NCBI GenBank assembly: GCA_951406725.2
Contig: OX597824.1
Coordinates: 59,520,001 to 59,584,000 of the forward strand
DNA from: Octopus vulgaris
Lineage: Eukaryota
Reading direction: 5' to 3'
DNA length: 64,000 nucleotides
The notes beneath the pieces are model-generated. The model searched no databases. It had not been told where the DNA came from and saw nothing but the letters and a program-made list of their open reading frames with translations. Position numbers and translations under genes: made by a program. Of this stretch, positions 41,424 to 53,973 are shown one piece after another (within the stretch, counting starts at the first letter, position 1; every line of letters begins with the position of its first letter).

Positions 41424-41950
41424 GAGTGAGAGAGCAGTGCATGCCATCAAAGTGACACTGGGGTAAAATATACGAAGCCCAATATACCCATCATGACTAC
41501 CCGTCTGATAAAGGTACACCAGGCACATGCATCACAACCATATGTGCGCGACATGGTGATCTCATATCAAGATAAACAGCACATGACCTTGCAGGTGGGG
41601 CCCAGTTAGAATTTTCTTCAGGTTGAGTAGCCCATCCCGCTCAAAAGGTCCCTGAATAAGGGTTGTTTAAGGATGTTGAAAGAACCACCCATGTTTCCAG
41701 AGGTGAATTATTCAAACCCCAAAGAATCCCTCTCAACACATGGCTATGATGCTCCCCCACTACTTCTGCTCGTGATCAGAGATGCACATATCGTCAGCCA
41801 CTAAGGGACATGGTCAACTGGTTAAGGTCAAACAACTGACAAGCAAATCTGTGGTATTGAGCAGAATATTTGCTGTAGCCCATCTTTTATACCAAGACAA
41901 AACAATGTACATGATAACACTTCCAATCAGTTAAGATCAGAAGCCATGAG
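41424..41950 (-). mobile_element. Non-coding (AAT)n-associated interspersed repeat (probable non-autonomous retroelement); orientation inferred
   Basis: About 530 bp abutting (ATT)n; partial copies at 6575-6938, 42055-42220, 42425-42590 and 42800-43215. Confidence 0.75.
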
Positions 41951-42740
41951 TTAAGATCAGAAGCCATGTTAGTTAAGATCAGAAGCCATGTTAGTTAAGA
42001 TCATTATTATTATTATTATTATTATTATCATTATTATCATTATTATTATTATCATTGAGTGAAAGAGCAGTGCATGCCATCAAAGTGACACTGGGGTAAA
42101 ATATACGCAGCAAATCTGTGGTATTGAGCAGAATATTTGCTGTAGCCCATCTTTTATACCAAGACAAAACAATGTACATGATAACACTTCCAATCAGTTA
42201 AGATCAGAAGCCATGAGTTAAGGTCAGAAGCCGGATGTACATGATAACACTTCCAATCAGTTAAGATCAGAAGCCATGAGTTAAGATCAGAAGCCATGAG
42301 TTAAGATCAGAAGCCATGAGTTAAGATCAGAAGCCATGTTAGTTAAGATCAGAAGCCATGTTAGTTAAGATCATTATTATTATTATTATTATTATTATCA
42401 TTATTATCATTATTATTATTATCATTGAGTGAAAGAGCAGTGCATGCCATCAAAGTGACACTGGGGTAAAATATACGCAGCAAATCTGTGGTATTGAGCA
42501 GAATATTTGCTGTAGCCCATCTTTTATACCAAGACAAAACAATGTACATGATAACACTTCCAATCAGTTAAGATCAGAAGCCATGAGTTAAGGTCAGAAG
42601 CCGGATGTACATGATAACACTTCCAATCAGTTAAGATCAGAAGCCATGAGTTAAGATCAGAAGCCATGAGTTAAGATCAGAAGCCATGAGTTAAGATCAG
42701 AAGCCATGTTAGTTAAGATCAGAAGCCATGTTAGTTAAGA

Positions 42741-42774
<34 letters not shown>

Positions 42775-42820
42775 CATTATTATCATTATTATTATTATCA
42801 TTGAGTGAAAGAGCAGTGCA
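41905..42820. repeat. Nested tandem repeats: 20/22-bp AGTTAAGATCAGAAGCCATG(TT) units inside a 370-bp tandem duplication
   Basis: 41991-42360 is repeated at 42361-42730 (identical 62-aa ORFs in the track). Confidence 0.92.
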
Positions 42821-42878
42821 TCCGGCTCAATAGGTCCCTGAATAAGGATTGTTTAAGGTTGTTGAACGAACAACCCAC

Positions 42879-42953
<75 letters not shown>

Positions 42954-42961
42954 CACATATA

Positions 42962-43212
42962 CAGTAATCCCTCGACTATCGTGGGTGTTACGTATATTAT
43001 AATATACCAATTATGACTACCCGTCTGATAAGGGTACACTAGGCACATGCATCACAACCATATTTACGCGACATGGTGATCTCATATCAAGATAAACAAC
43101 GCATGAACTTGCAGATGGGGCCTAGTTAGAATTTTCTTCTGGTCGAGTAACCCATCTGGCTCAATAGGTCCCTGAATAAGGATTGTTTAAGGTTGTTGAA
43201 CGAACAACCCAC

Positions 43213-43284
<72 letters not shown>

Positions 43285-43448
43285 CACATATACTATCGTG
43301 GGTGTTATTATTATCACATATACTATCGTGGGTGTTACGTTCCAAAAATCTCCCATAGAAATAATTAAAATCTAAAAGAAATATAAATACCTACCGGCCG
43401 TAGAAACCCTGATATACTGAGGAATCCGCGATATGGCGAGGAATTTCT
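42962..43448 (+). mobile_element. Tigger/pogo-like MITE interrupted by a local duplication
   Basis: TA|CAGTAATCCCTCG ... CGAGGAATTTCTG|TA termini. Confidence 0.6.
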
Positions 43449-43632
43449 GTATGTGTGGTGTGTGTGTGTATGTGTGTGTGTGTTTGTGTGGGTGTGTGTC
43501 TGCGAGTGAATATATATTCTTTTACTTGTTCAGTCATTTGACTGCAGCATGCTGCAGCACCACCTTTAGTCGAGCAAATCGACCCCAGAGCTTATTCTTT
43601 GTAAGCCTAGTACTTATTCTATCGGTCTCTTT

Positions 43633-44000
43633 TGTGATTGACCGTTATTATGACAAAAGTATGGACATGCGCGCTTACGCGAATACCATGAATATTTTTA
43701 TTCCCTTACCTTTTCTCCCTCCCCTCACTTAGCTTTCACTCTAATAGCTCTTTTGTTTTAATAACGGTCAATCACACAGTAATTTCCCTTCGTTTAACGG
43801 TCATTTCCATAGCTTCTTTTCGATGGCCGGATAACTGAAGAAATGGCGGCGTAGGTTTCCGCCCCGACATCCGAAACTCGGAGTTTTATCACGGCTACCG
43901 AATAATTGTCACATATTATATTTACAGATAAATTCCTCTATTTACATAATATCGAGGTCTCTTTAATTTTTTTTGTTGTATTACCATTTCTATCAATATA
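43633..44000 (+). mobile_element. Penelope/Naiad-type pLTR relic with a short inverted 5' copy, inserted into a SINE
   Basis: 27-bp inverted repeat 43633-43659/43750-43776; hammerhead at 43826-43895; ends in (TA)n; truncates the SINE at 43518-43632. Confidence 0.6.
43826..43895 (+). ncRNA. Type I hammerhead ribozyme motif
   Basis: GCCG-GATAA-CTGAAGA-[AATGGCGG..CCGC..CATCC]-GAAA-CTC-G-GAG-TT-TTATC-A-CGGC; base of stem II imperfect. Confidence 0.65.
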
Positions 44001-44003
44001 TAT

Positions 44004-44059
<56 letters not shown>

Positions 44060-44080
44060 TAAGTAAAATTGTAAAGATAT

Positions 44081-44551
44081 CGGTCTGAATATGCTTGAGG
44101 CACGTTCGAACTGGTGGACAAGCTATTCACTGTTTTTATATATCCCGTTTTTTGACAAATGATGTGCATACACCTGTATCAGCTCTCAACGCCAACTACC
44201 CAGACCGTGAGATGCAAGCATTTCAGAGTAGTTACCTTGTCTTCGGTCACGGACACAAGGCAGGCGGTACTGCGAGTGTCCCCCCCTCTGTAATTTACTT
44301 ACGGTGAGCCGCCGTACAGCGCTGCCAGTTGCCGTATGGCAACTGGAAAAGCATAAAAATGCCTGGTTTCTATGACCAAAGTGGGGATAACTATTCCGAA
44401 ATGCTTGCATCTCACAGTCTTGGTAGTTGGTGCTGCGAGCTGATCTGGATTTATACACACACTTTGTTAACAAAATGATATAATTTCCGTGACAAAACGC
44501 AGTGAATAACTTGTTCACCGGTTCGAACGTGCCTCAAGCATATTCGAACTG
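44081..44551. mobile_element. Fold-back MITE, near-palindromic over most of its length
   Basis: GAATATGCTTGAGGCACGTTCGAAC (44087) pairs with GTTCGAACGTGCCTCAAGCATATTC (ending 44545); inner arms GTGAGATGCAAGCATTTC / GAAATGCTTGCATCTCAC. Confidence 0.85.
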
Positions 44552-44714
44552 AGAATAACATTACAATAACTATCTTTATCTATCTATCTATCTATCTATC
44601 TATATATATATATATATACAGAAAGAGAGAGAGAAATAGATACAGATATTATTTTCGATCCGGCTGCCAGTTAACACGGGGAACTCCTAACGACAATATA
44701 ATCAAGGTATCCTT

Positions 44715-44798
44715 GGTCTGAGGAGTTGCTTGCGGTCTACTCCTCGTTTAGATAATTACTACTTCTGAAATTCCGCAAGCTATGAAGCATATGTAACC
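44715..44798 (+). ncRNA. Hammerhead motif with one core mutation in a (TA)n-flanked Penelope/Naiad-type terminal relic
   Basis: GGT-CTGAGGA-GTT-GCTTGCGG...CCGCAAGC-TAT-GAAG-CATATG-TA-ACC; palindromic stem III; GAAA changed to GAAG. Confidence 0.6.
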
Positions 44799-44841
44799 TG
44801 CGTTTTATCTACTCCATTCCCTATATATATATAAATACACA

Positions 44842-45720
44842 CACGGGGTGTCCCGAAATTAAGGCAACCGAAGTTTCGTGTTTTAATAATTATCAATAAA
44901 TATAAGATACGAAAATTATATATCATTATAAAACTTAGTATATCTTGTTTTTGTTTCAAAGTGAATGAATTCATATCTATAAATTGGATAACGGCTATAG
45001 ACCGAAATACAATCATAATTCACCACAAAAGTGACGAAAGTAATACACCTATAGCAAAAAGGCTATTAACCGAACAACAGACTGGAAAATTGTCAAGAAA
45101 TTTCAAGAAACTGGTTCCACCGCTGATCGACCTGGACGTAGCTGAAAAAGAAGTGTGCGGACCATTCAGTTTATCAAATGTATCAAAGAAAAGATACGGC
45201 GAAATCCTGGCCGTTCCGACAGAAAACTAGCTGCCACAGCAAAAGTAAGCCAAACATCGATGTATCAAGTGCTGAAGGAGGATCTCAGGACCCGCCCAAA
45301 CATGATGATCTGTTGTCATGAGCTCACGCAAGTTTATAAGGTCAAGAAACTAGAGAAAAGTCGTCTTATACTGCGTCAGTTTGCTGAAGGCACGCTGTCC
45401 AACTTGGTGTTCACTGGTGAAGAAAATTGACATCGAACAGACAGTAAACCACCAGGTCGACTTTGGAGTGTATCTGGCTCCATCGAGGATAGACTCGTAA
45501 ATCGACGACAAAATCAGTTATGGTTTGGGTGGCTGTTAGAGCAATTGGAAGGTCTCTCCACGTTTTTGTGCCACGGGTGTTAAGATCAACACCCAACGAT
45601 ACATTAGTGACATTTTGGAAGCTGAACTGCCACCATGGGTGAATGAGCACTTGCAAGGCGCAATTTGGAGCCTCCAAGAGTGACTCGACACCATCCTACA
45701 GCTCCAAACAGACACATTTC
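44842..45720 (+). mobile_element. Tc1/mariner transposon relic, 3'-truncated
   Basis: CACGGGGTGTCCCG terminus; IRRNPGRSDRKLA HTH region, LVFTGE, VMVWVAV and GVKIN..Y...IL motifs in broken frames. Confidence 0.8.
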
Positions 45721-46079
45721 TGCTCTGTACTGCTGTCATAACAATAACCAATACCTTTCGTTATTTTATTGAATCAATGACTTTCGTATCATATGCTGAG
45801 ATTAATTAGTCGACAACCGCAAGAAGAATAAAAAAAATATAAGTTTTTAAATCCTTCATCTTTATTTGACAAAAAATATGATTAACCTGGAGAAACATGA
45901 CTTATCAATGTAATGCTATTTTATAATTATTTCAAAATGGCTCATAATAATTCCATTTAATGGTGTTACAGAATTAATTAATTATCCATTAATTAATTAT
46001 CTTTTTCATTCTAAAAATTCCTACTCTAGACTATTAGGTTACACATTACCATAATCATGTTATTATAATCACGTTACTA

Positions 46080-46600
46080 CGTCGTAAACCATTGGAAGAA
46101 GGTTGATATCAATTGAGGCATGACAAGATCTTTTCATAAATTAGATAGACCTCCAGATAATTAACTGCATTAAACGACAGCCAAAGGTATCAAATTTCTA
46201 AGGGAAAATAACAAGACTCCAAACGTACGCGTTACAGTTGGGGGATCCGTTTTGCATAAAGCCTTAGACTAGAAAATGAGATGGCCCCGAAGGGTTGACT
46301 TATCTTCCTGGAAGGAGTCGCGTTAACATCGCTTGAACCACACCTGTTTCTGCTATCCTGGAATGCAAAAACTATCACCATGTTTGAATTTAATAGTGCC
46401 CCGAGAAAACAGATTTGACATTCCTCACCAGCTGAAGAAAACCAAATATCAGGACTTAGTTGATGAGGCGCTTGTGAAGGGATGGTACGAGGTCTTATTT
46501 ACTTGCGTAGCCGGCTGCTGCGACTTTCCATCAGTATCAGCACTCTATTTACTTCAAAGACTGGTTTGAAACCCAAACAGCTGAGGAAAGACATCAAAGA
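46080..46600 (+). mobile_element. RLE LINE 3' fragment (Hero-like motif set)
   Basis: RHDKIF, LIVPRENRF..HQLKKTKYQDL...GW..AGCCDF (EVGCRGF equivalent). Confidence 0.6.
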
Positions 46601-46754
46601 AAGATTTCCTTCTCATATTGATAATTATAATATTGCTTTGGATCTGCGCTGAATTATTTTCATTTACATCTTTTCAATAATAAAGAAAGCTACTTCTTAG
46701 TTGGTTGTGAGTGCGTAACTTTTATTAAGATAATTTAATTATTAAGGTCTTCAC

Positions 46755-49677
46755 AGAATAGGAGTTTTCCACACGATTAGGGACTTCCTTTCTATCCTCG
46801 GCGAGCGGTTTCAAGGTGCAAGGCTCAGAGATATGTGCATTGAATCAGATATCACACAGATGGATCAGTGGCTGGGATCATGGAAGGTCGCAAGTACAAC
46901 CGTGCAGTCACGGTATACAAATTTGTTTATGAAGCATTAATGAGGCTTGCAAAGAAAGGGTTTCTCCCGTGGATAGAGGACAATAATTCAGGAGATATGC
47001 CTCACCTAGCAGAAACATTGAAAGTCATAGGCAAATTTCAAAGCAGTGTCAGTCAGATATCCTTCCAAGAGATTCTTGGAAAATGAGTCGTGCACAAGGA
47101 TCTTGGAGTTGTTTCAAACCTACCTTGAATACCTCAGGTGCGACCACAGTGTCTCGGCTTTCTGGATGTCATACATAGACATGATGGAACTCATTCTTGG
47201 CTTAATACGAGCTTGCAGAGAAGGTTACTGGATACTCCATCTTGCGTCCATCCGAAAGATGATCCCATGGTATTTGGTGTTTTTCCTATGATAAGGTGAA
47301 CTAAGCTCGATTCCTGATCTACTATTATGCAATAATGTCTCGATTCCACATTGAACATCCTGAAGTCTAAACACACTTCATGAATGGTGGTTTCGCAGTC
47401 CAGATTGGAGAACAAAATCCATTTGGACGTATACCAGTGGACCAAACAATCGAAGAGACGGTTAACAAGGACACTCAAACTCCCGGCGGCACGACAGTCT
47501 GAAAGCTGGAGTAGCGGCTAGGTTCTATTTAACCTCAGAGTATCGCAGTTCATACTTGCCGCAACTGAGAGATATGACAAATAGAGTAAAACATAAATGC
47601 TTGAACCACCCTGACCTCAGTCAGTCAAGGATCAAGAAAGATGAATCAGATACCCAATCCCTTGTCCAGCTCAGGGAGGTAAGTTGGCTAAACCCATTCA
47701 AACCTGAAAATTAGGATTTTGTGAGCTTGTCTAGTGCCACTGCAACACCACCAGACATAAAAAAGCTCTCCTAGATGCTAACATGCTTGGAGAAGAATCA
47801 TACCAGTTCTTCAGACAAGAACGTGTCGAATCTGATGTGCCATCTAAAACATTCCATGACAAGATGACTAAAATGAAACTGAAAACTTTCTCGTACATCA
47901 GAAAGAAACCACGCATTCAAGGGCATGCCAAGGATGTGGTTTTGAAAGCTGACCGAGACTTGTTTAGTTACATGATCCTTGTAACAGAAAGCAGAAAGCT
48001 ACATATGGCTGATGTATTGGCTCACCCATTGGGTCCGCTACTAATTGCACTTGCCAATGATGATGGGACTCTTCATAAGACAACAAAACATTCCTACATA
48101 GAGAGTTGGAGAAGAATGTTGCCCCAGCAGAAATTCTTCCAAGTCAGAACAATTATTGGCGAGATGAGCTTAAAAGAAGTGACGAGACGCACGTTCTCCA
48201 CGAAGGAGCCCAGAAATATCGTATTGATGTTGGCTTTGATGTTTACAAGGAACATCCATAAAAATACACAATGGATTAACAGGGTATTAGAAACAGGAAT
48301 CGAGTTCAGAAGCATATTACCTGGGCACACTATCCAGTAGTGGCGTAAGTTGCTCAGCAGACCTTCCAACAAAGTTCCTGGTAGATTAATGGAAAGGACC
48401 AACATACAGACCAAAACTGGGGGACAAAGGTCTTTTGTAACACTTCTGCTTCAAGATCACGACAGAAAGGTAAGAGGAAGTCTCTGAGTTAAATTCATCG
48501 CAAAAAGAAGCTGGCATGCGACTCCTGCACTACGCAGTACAGAAGTTGTTATCAGTGCTGAGGATACTGATGCTCTGATTTTGTGCCTGGGGTTCTGTAG
48601 CAAAATCCCGTGCTCCCTCTACCAGAAGTGTGGTACAAAGCACAGAACACGCTGCCTTGACATTACGAGAATGAGTCATACACTGGGAGGTGGCAGGCCT
48701 GATGCTTTGATTGACGTGCATGCCTTCACAGGCTGTAATACAGTTAGTGCCTTTACTGGCCATGGAAAGCTGACAACGTTTAAACTGATGAAATCCAACA
48801 AGACTTTCCAAGAAGTATTCAGTGAACTGGGACAATCTTGCGATGTATTTCTTGAACTGTTTCAAAAAATACAGATGAACATCTGCCAAATGTATATGCC
48901 TTCCACTTCAACAACTGAAGTAAATAAACTTCGATATCATATCTTTTGCACTAGACGTGAAGAAATTGAGTCGCGTCAACTATATTCATGTGAGGACTAT
49001 CTGTTTATGCATGCTCTTCGTGCAAACTACCAACCAGCCCTCTGGAAAAGATGTCTACAGGCTCAAACCCTTGACCCAAGCTCCATTGACTGTAGTTGGA
49101 GATTGGACGAAGAGAGTGACGTCGCCATTGCTTAGATACGCAGCTCACCTACACGGGATGCTGTCCTTTAGCTTTTGTTCTGCAAATGTATCCGTTCCTG
49201 TAAACCACCAGCATGCAGCTGCCTCAGCAATGGCTTGAGGTGTACAGACATGTGCAAGCTACGAACATGCGACAACTAAGCTACTGAATACGGCGACAGA
49301 GAGCCAGAATTGGAACTAACAGATTCTGAGGATGATTGCAATTATTAGCTTCATGGTATGCTGGGTACCCATGGCAGATCCAGAACCTGGCTAACCTGTA
49401 GCTGCTATACTACCAGAAAGTTTTTGTTGACTTGCAAACAGTCGATACAATCTTTCCCAGTGACATGACTTGTCACGAGAAAACTGATCAGTTTTGATGC
49501 ATCATGTATGGCTTTATGTTCAAGACATATCTTACATATGAAATATGCAATTCAATTTTATATTAATTATAAACACATATTGGTTAAATTCTGATCTGTG
49601 GATCATTGCAGCTTCTTATGGAAGTATGTCTATTTATGAAGTGATGGCTACAAGTAAGCTACCATTCTGACAAGGCT

Positions 49678-49678
<1 letters not shown>
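46755..49678 (+). mobile_element. AcademX-like DNA transposon relic (transposase + XPG-like nuclease + Cys-rich C-terminus)
   Basis: GRKYNRAV, IRACREG.W.LHL, DQTIEETVNKD, SAEDTD, HAFTGCNTVSAF (H3TH), HALRANYQ and CKC..C...CSC..NGLRCTDMC; many stops; candidate ..GGCTA terminus at 49678. Confidence 0.75.
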
Positions 49679-49751
<73 letters not shown>

Positions 49752-50189
49752 AACTAGAGAATATAGCAAGTGAAAAATTATAAGAATTATTCATCCCATG
49801 TGGTACAGATACAGAAATTTTGGGGTCTGCGTAAATGTTTGTGTAAATGTTTATACTATATTTATCACATCAAAATCACGTAGGAAATTACATACATTAC
49901 TGCTAGCGGCTGGTTTCTAATCTTACTGTTAATATTGCTTAATTAATAAATCAATCAATATTGCTTAAAATTTACTTATCGATATTAATTTGTAATCTAA
50001 TTAAACTTAAGTAGCTATAATTTTTATCTAAACTTTACATCGTTTTCAGTTTGTTGCCTATTTTTCCTGTTTAGGATAATAATATTATGTATGAGTTTGT
50101 TAGAAATATTATGTTTAACTTCCTGAATGTGTTTATGTTCCTTTCTTTTTGAATATATTCATATATTTCTTAATGTTCTTAACTTCTAC

Positions 50190-50616
50190 AATAGGTACAA
50201 TACTTGAAATTTTGTGGGAGGAGGCTAGTTCGATTTCATTGATCCCAGTGCTCAACTGATACTTATTTTACCGAACTCGAAAGGATGAGATGCAAAGCCC
50301 ACATCAGTGGTATTTGAACTCCGAACGCAAAGACAGACGAAAACCCGCTAAATACAATGTCCGGCCTGCTAACAATTCTGCCAGCTCGCTACGATTTAAT
50401 CCATTTCTGCTCTAGGCACAAGGCCCGAAATTTTGGGGGAGGAGACCAGTCGATTAGATGTACCCCAGTTCTCAACTGGTACTTAATTTATCGATCCCGA
50501 AAGGATGAAAGACAAAGTCGACCTCCGCAGAATTTGAACTCAGAACCTAGAGACAGACGAAATACTGCTAAGCATTTCACCCGGCGTGCTGACGTTTCTA
50601 CCAGCTCGCCACCTTA
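50190..50616 (-). mobile_element. Two tandem SINE copies (family of 3678-3902)
   Basis: Reverse-complement similarity; copies at about 50190-50390 and 50405-50616. Confidence 0.8.
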
Positions 50617-50858
50617 AATCGCTGCGATTTAATATCAAAGCAAAGTATAACTTGAAAGGTATTGGTATACTTACAGACAGTTATGTTGGGATATTAAATC
50701 TATGACATCAAATTGAAATGGTTACAAGTTATTAATTCTTAGACGAATTTACGTACCTTCATGTCGTGTATTTATGAAGGTATTTATGCAATAGCTTCCT
50801 ACATAGATTTTTACACATAATGCACCTTTCTATACTGGTCTAATTACCAGGAACGGTC

Positions 50859-50903
<45 letters not shown>

Positions 50904-51461
50904 TACACACACACACACATCCAAACACAAACACATACAATCGAATACAAACAAATACACATGTCTTTCCCTTTTATCACTAACAGAGAACCCTTATTTC
51001 ATCAGAGTTTATCAAATGCACTCTAAGGTATATCTAGGAAGGGTTTTTTTATCCCCTCTCTTCTTCAGAAATACTTTTAAAATTCTTCAACTTAATTATG
51101 TTAAAGTCTTTCTAATTCTATGTAGCAAAGGGAAGTAGCCCATACCTATTAATAATTATATGTAATGAGTCATGTCTCTCACAATATTATTATCTATTGT
51201 CGAAAATAAAATCATCGGTAACACTACGTAATAATAACTCGTATATCTCAAGGAACTGGTAGAAAGCATCTTATGATGACTGTTTTTGAAAAGCTAGACA
51301 TGTCTAATTTTGCGATGTATTACCAATAACAAACTATATAACAACACATGTTTTATTCCTCTGAATGTACAGAGTTCAGTTTTATTCGTAAAAAATATCT
51401 GTAACCTAGTACATGTGTGTGTGCGCACGTGAGTATGTGTATGTGTATGCGTGTAATATAC

Positions 51462-51544
<83 letters not shown>

Positions 51545-51577
51545 CAGAGAGAGAGATGGATAGATGAATTGACAAAC

Positions 51578-51645
<68 letters not shown>

Positions 51646-52032
51646 TCTTCATCAGGATGTTGTTAGACATCATTCAATATATGTAGGTCACAAGGGAAGT
51701 TCAAACCTACGGATGGACCAAATTATTTGAATTGACGTCACAACTGAATTTTATTCCCTTACATCTCACACCCTTATTCACTCCCTCTCTCTCCCTCTCT
51801 TTCTCTCTCCCTTTCTTTCTCTGTCTAAACCTTATACACAATTTCCTTCTTTCTTTTTTCATTTATTTATTCATTCATTCTTTCTTTCTTTTTATCTATC
51901 TATCTATCTATCTATCTATCTCTTTTTCATTTTCCATCTTTGCCTCATCTACCATCCGTACTTACCTAGGTACATCCTGTAGCTATGCTCAGACACTCTG
52001 GAAATAATTTCAACAATAACAACAACAACAGA

Positions 52033-52089
<57 letters not shown>

Positions 52090-52381
52090 TTGGTGGTGGT
52101 GGTGGTGGTGCTGCTGCTGCTGCTGCTGTTTGTCTCATCCACATTTCATATTCTTTGAATTTGATATTTAAGACAATAGCTAAATTGACAATAATAATAA
52201 CGATGATGATGATAATGATGATGATGAGGAGGAGGAAGATTAACGTTAATTAAGTTAAAATATCTGTCCAAATGAACTGCTTTTTTGCTTTCCCTGATCA
52301 TCATTTTTCCTTTCTTTTTCCTGATTTTAACATCACCGTGTGTGAGTATTTTTACATACATGCATACATACGTACATACAT

Positions 52382-52457
<76 letters not shown>

Positions 52458-52965
52458 CATATATAGGTATACGTTCAGTATTTGGTTTGCTACATGAACG
52501 GAATGAAATTGCTAAGATTTAAGAGCGGAACCACTGAATAAATGGCTGGATGATCGAACGATGGAATAAAGGCCAGAAAGAAAGAATATATGGACCTATG
52601 GGTAAATGAAAGGTTAAAAGATTCAGACGGCGTAGCGAGTGGAGGATGAAGAAGAAGAAGAAGAAGAAGAAGAAGAAGAAGAAGAAGAAGATCGATATAT
52701 GGAATATATCATATAATCACCACTATCACCACCACATACCAACCCCCACCATCGTAAGCACCAGCTCGACCAACAACTACCCCCACTACCATCACAGTCA
52801 CGAAAGAACAATATCACTACGACTACTAACAATATTAACCTCACCAATGTAATAAGAACAGCGATTTCACAGCATAACAGCGACAACTTCGCGGCGACTG
52901 TTACTAATCACTGAAAACAATACCGATAATATTACCAGCCAATAGCACGGCCATAAGTTTCGTAG

Positions 52966-53110
52966 ATGGCTGGTACAGAGGCCGTTTATGATTTGGATAA
53001 TCTACTCATCAATTTAAAGACTTATGGTAATTACCAAATTAGGCAGCTGCTTGTTGTTTCGTCTTCTCTTTTGATTGTATCTCATAGTCTTTTCCAATTA
53101 CTGGCAATAG
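52966..53110 (+). CDS. SLC22/organic cation transporter-like gene, first coding exon
   Basis: MAGTEAVYDLDNLLINLKTYGNYQIRQLL + hydrophobic TM1, resembling the SLC22 N-terminal D.LL..LG.FG.YQ pattern; donor G|GTAAGT; 145 nt, phase 1. Confidence 0.85.
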
Positions 53111-53776
53111 GTAAGTTATATAAGCATTACATTTTATTCTTCACTTGATTTATACTTGCCCGCATTCCAAATAACACTTTCAATATCATATCTTAACACA
53201 AAACACTATGAAATTATTACTCAATGAAATAACACAATACATACCCTTATGTAAGCGATACCAGATTCTATTTCACTCACAGTTCACATTCAACACAACT
53301 GCTAACCAATAGAGTATACATCCCAATCAGCACATACTCTACAATTCTCATTCCAACACCTTCTCTTCTTTTTTAGCTCTTTATCTTACAATGCAAAATC
53401 CCCTGCATAAACTCTTTAATTAATCTTCCTTGAAACGTACTCTTTGTACAAGCATTAATCTCCAAGCGTCCAACTGAACGGAGGCTACTTCAAATTTTAC
53501 ATTACGAGAAGACAGACGGCAGTTAACAAGTAGAATTAATATTTTTTAAAAAGAGAAATAAATTAAATTTTATGGTGCGGATCCGGTCTATTATTCTGTA
53601 CACATCCAGGAATAGAATACTTTGTGATGATTGGAGACGAAACTGATGAAAACGCAGTAGTTTCATATTTGAAGATGGGGTTAAAAATCTGAGAAAATTA
53701 TAAGACTACTTATCTCAGACATTTTGACATAAAATAAAAGGAACTTTAAATTTAAGAAATAGCATTTTCTTTTCAG

Positions 53777-53973
53777 GTTACACTCCAGATCATCAATGCA
53801 AGGATCTCTCGGAGGAACAGCTGTCCATATACAACGTGACGTCATACGATGACATCAGTTATGAGAAGTGTCACATTAACATATTTCGTGGCTTGAAAAA
53901 TATTACAGATGAGCTCTCCTGTATTAATGGACACAACTACTCAGCAAATAAAGATATCTCTTTTGTGATAGAG
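53777..53973 (+). CDS. SLC22-like gene, second coding exon (large extracellular loop)
   Basis: Acceptor TTTTCTTTTCAG|, in phase with exon 1: GYTPDHQCKDL..NVT..KCHI..NIT..SCINGHNYS..SFVIE|GTAAGA; conserved Cys and three N-glycosylation sequons; ends where WDLVC normally follows. Confidence 0.88.

Noticed and set aside
41929-42742. 20-bp repeats with intervening sequence, CRISPR-like
   Set aside because: The intervening sequences are copies of the same element, not unique spacers.
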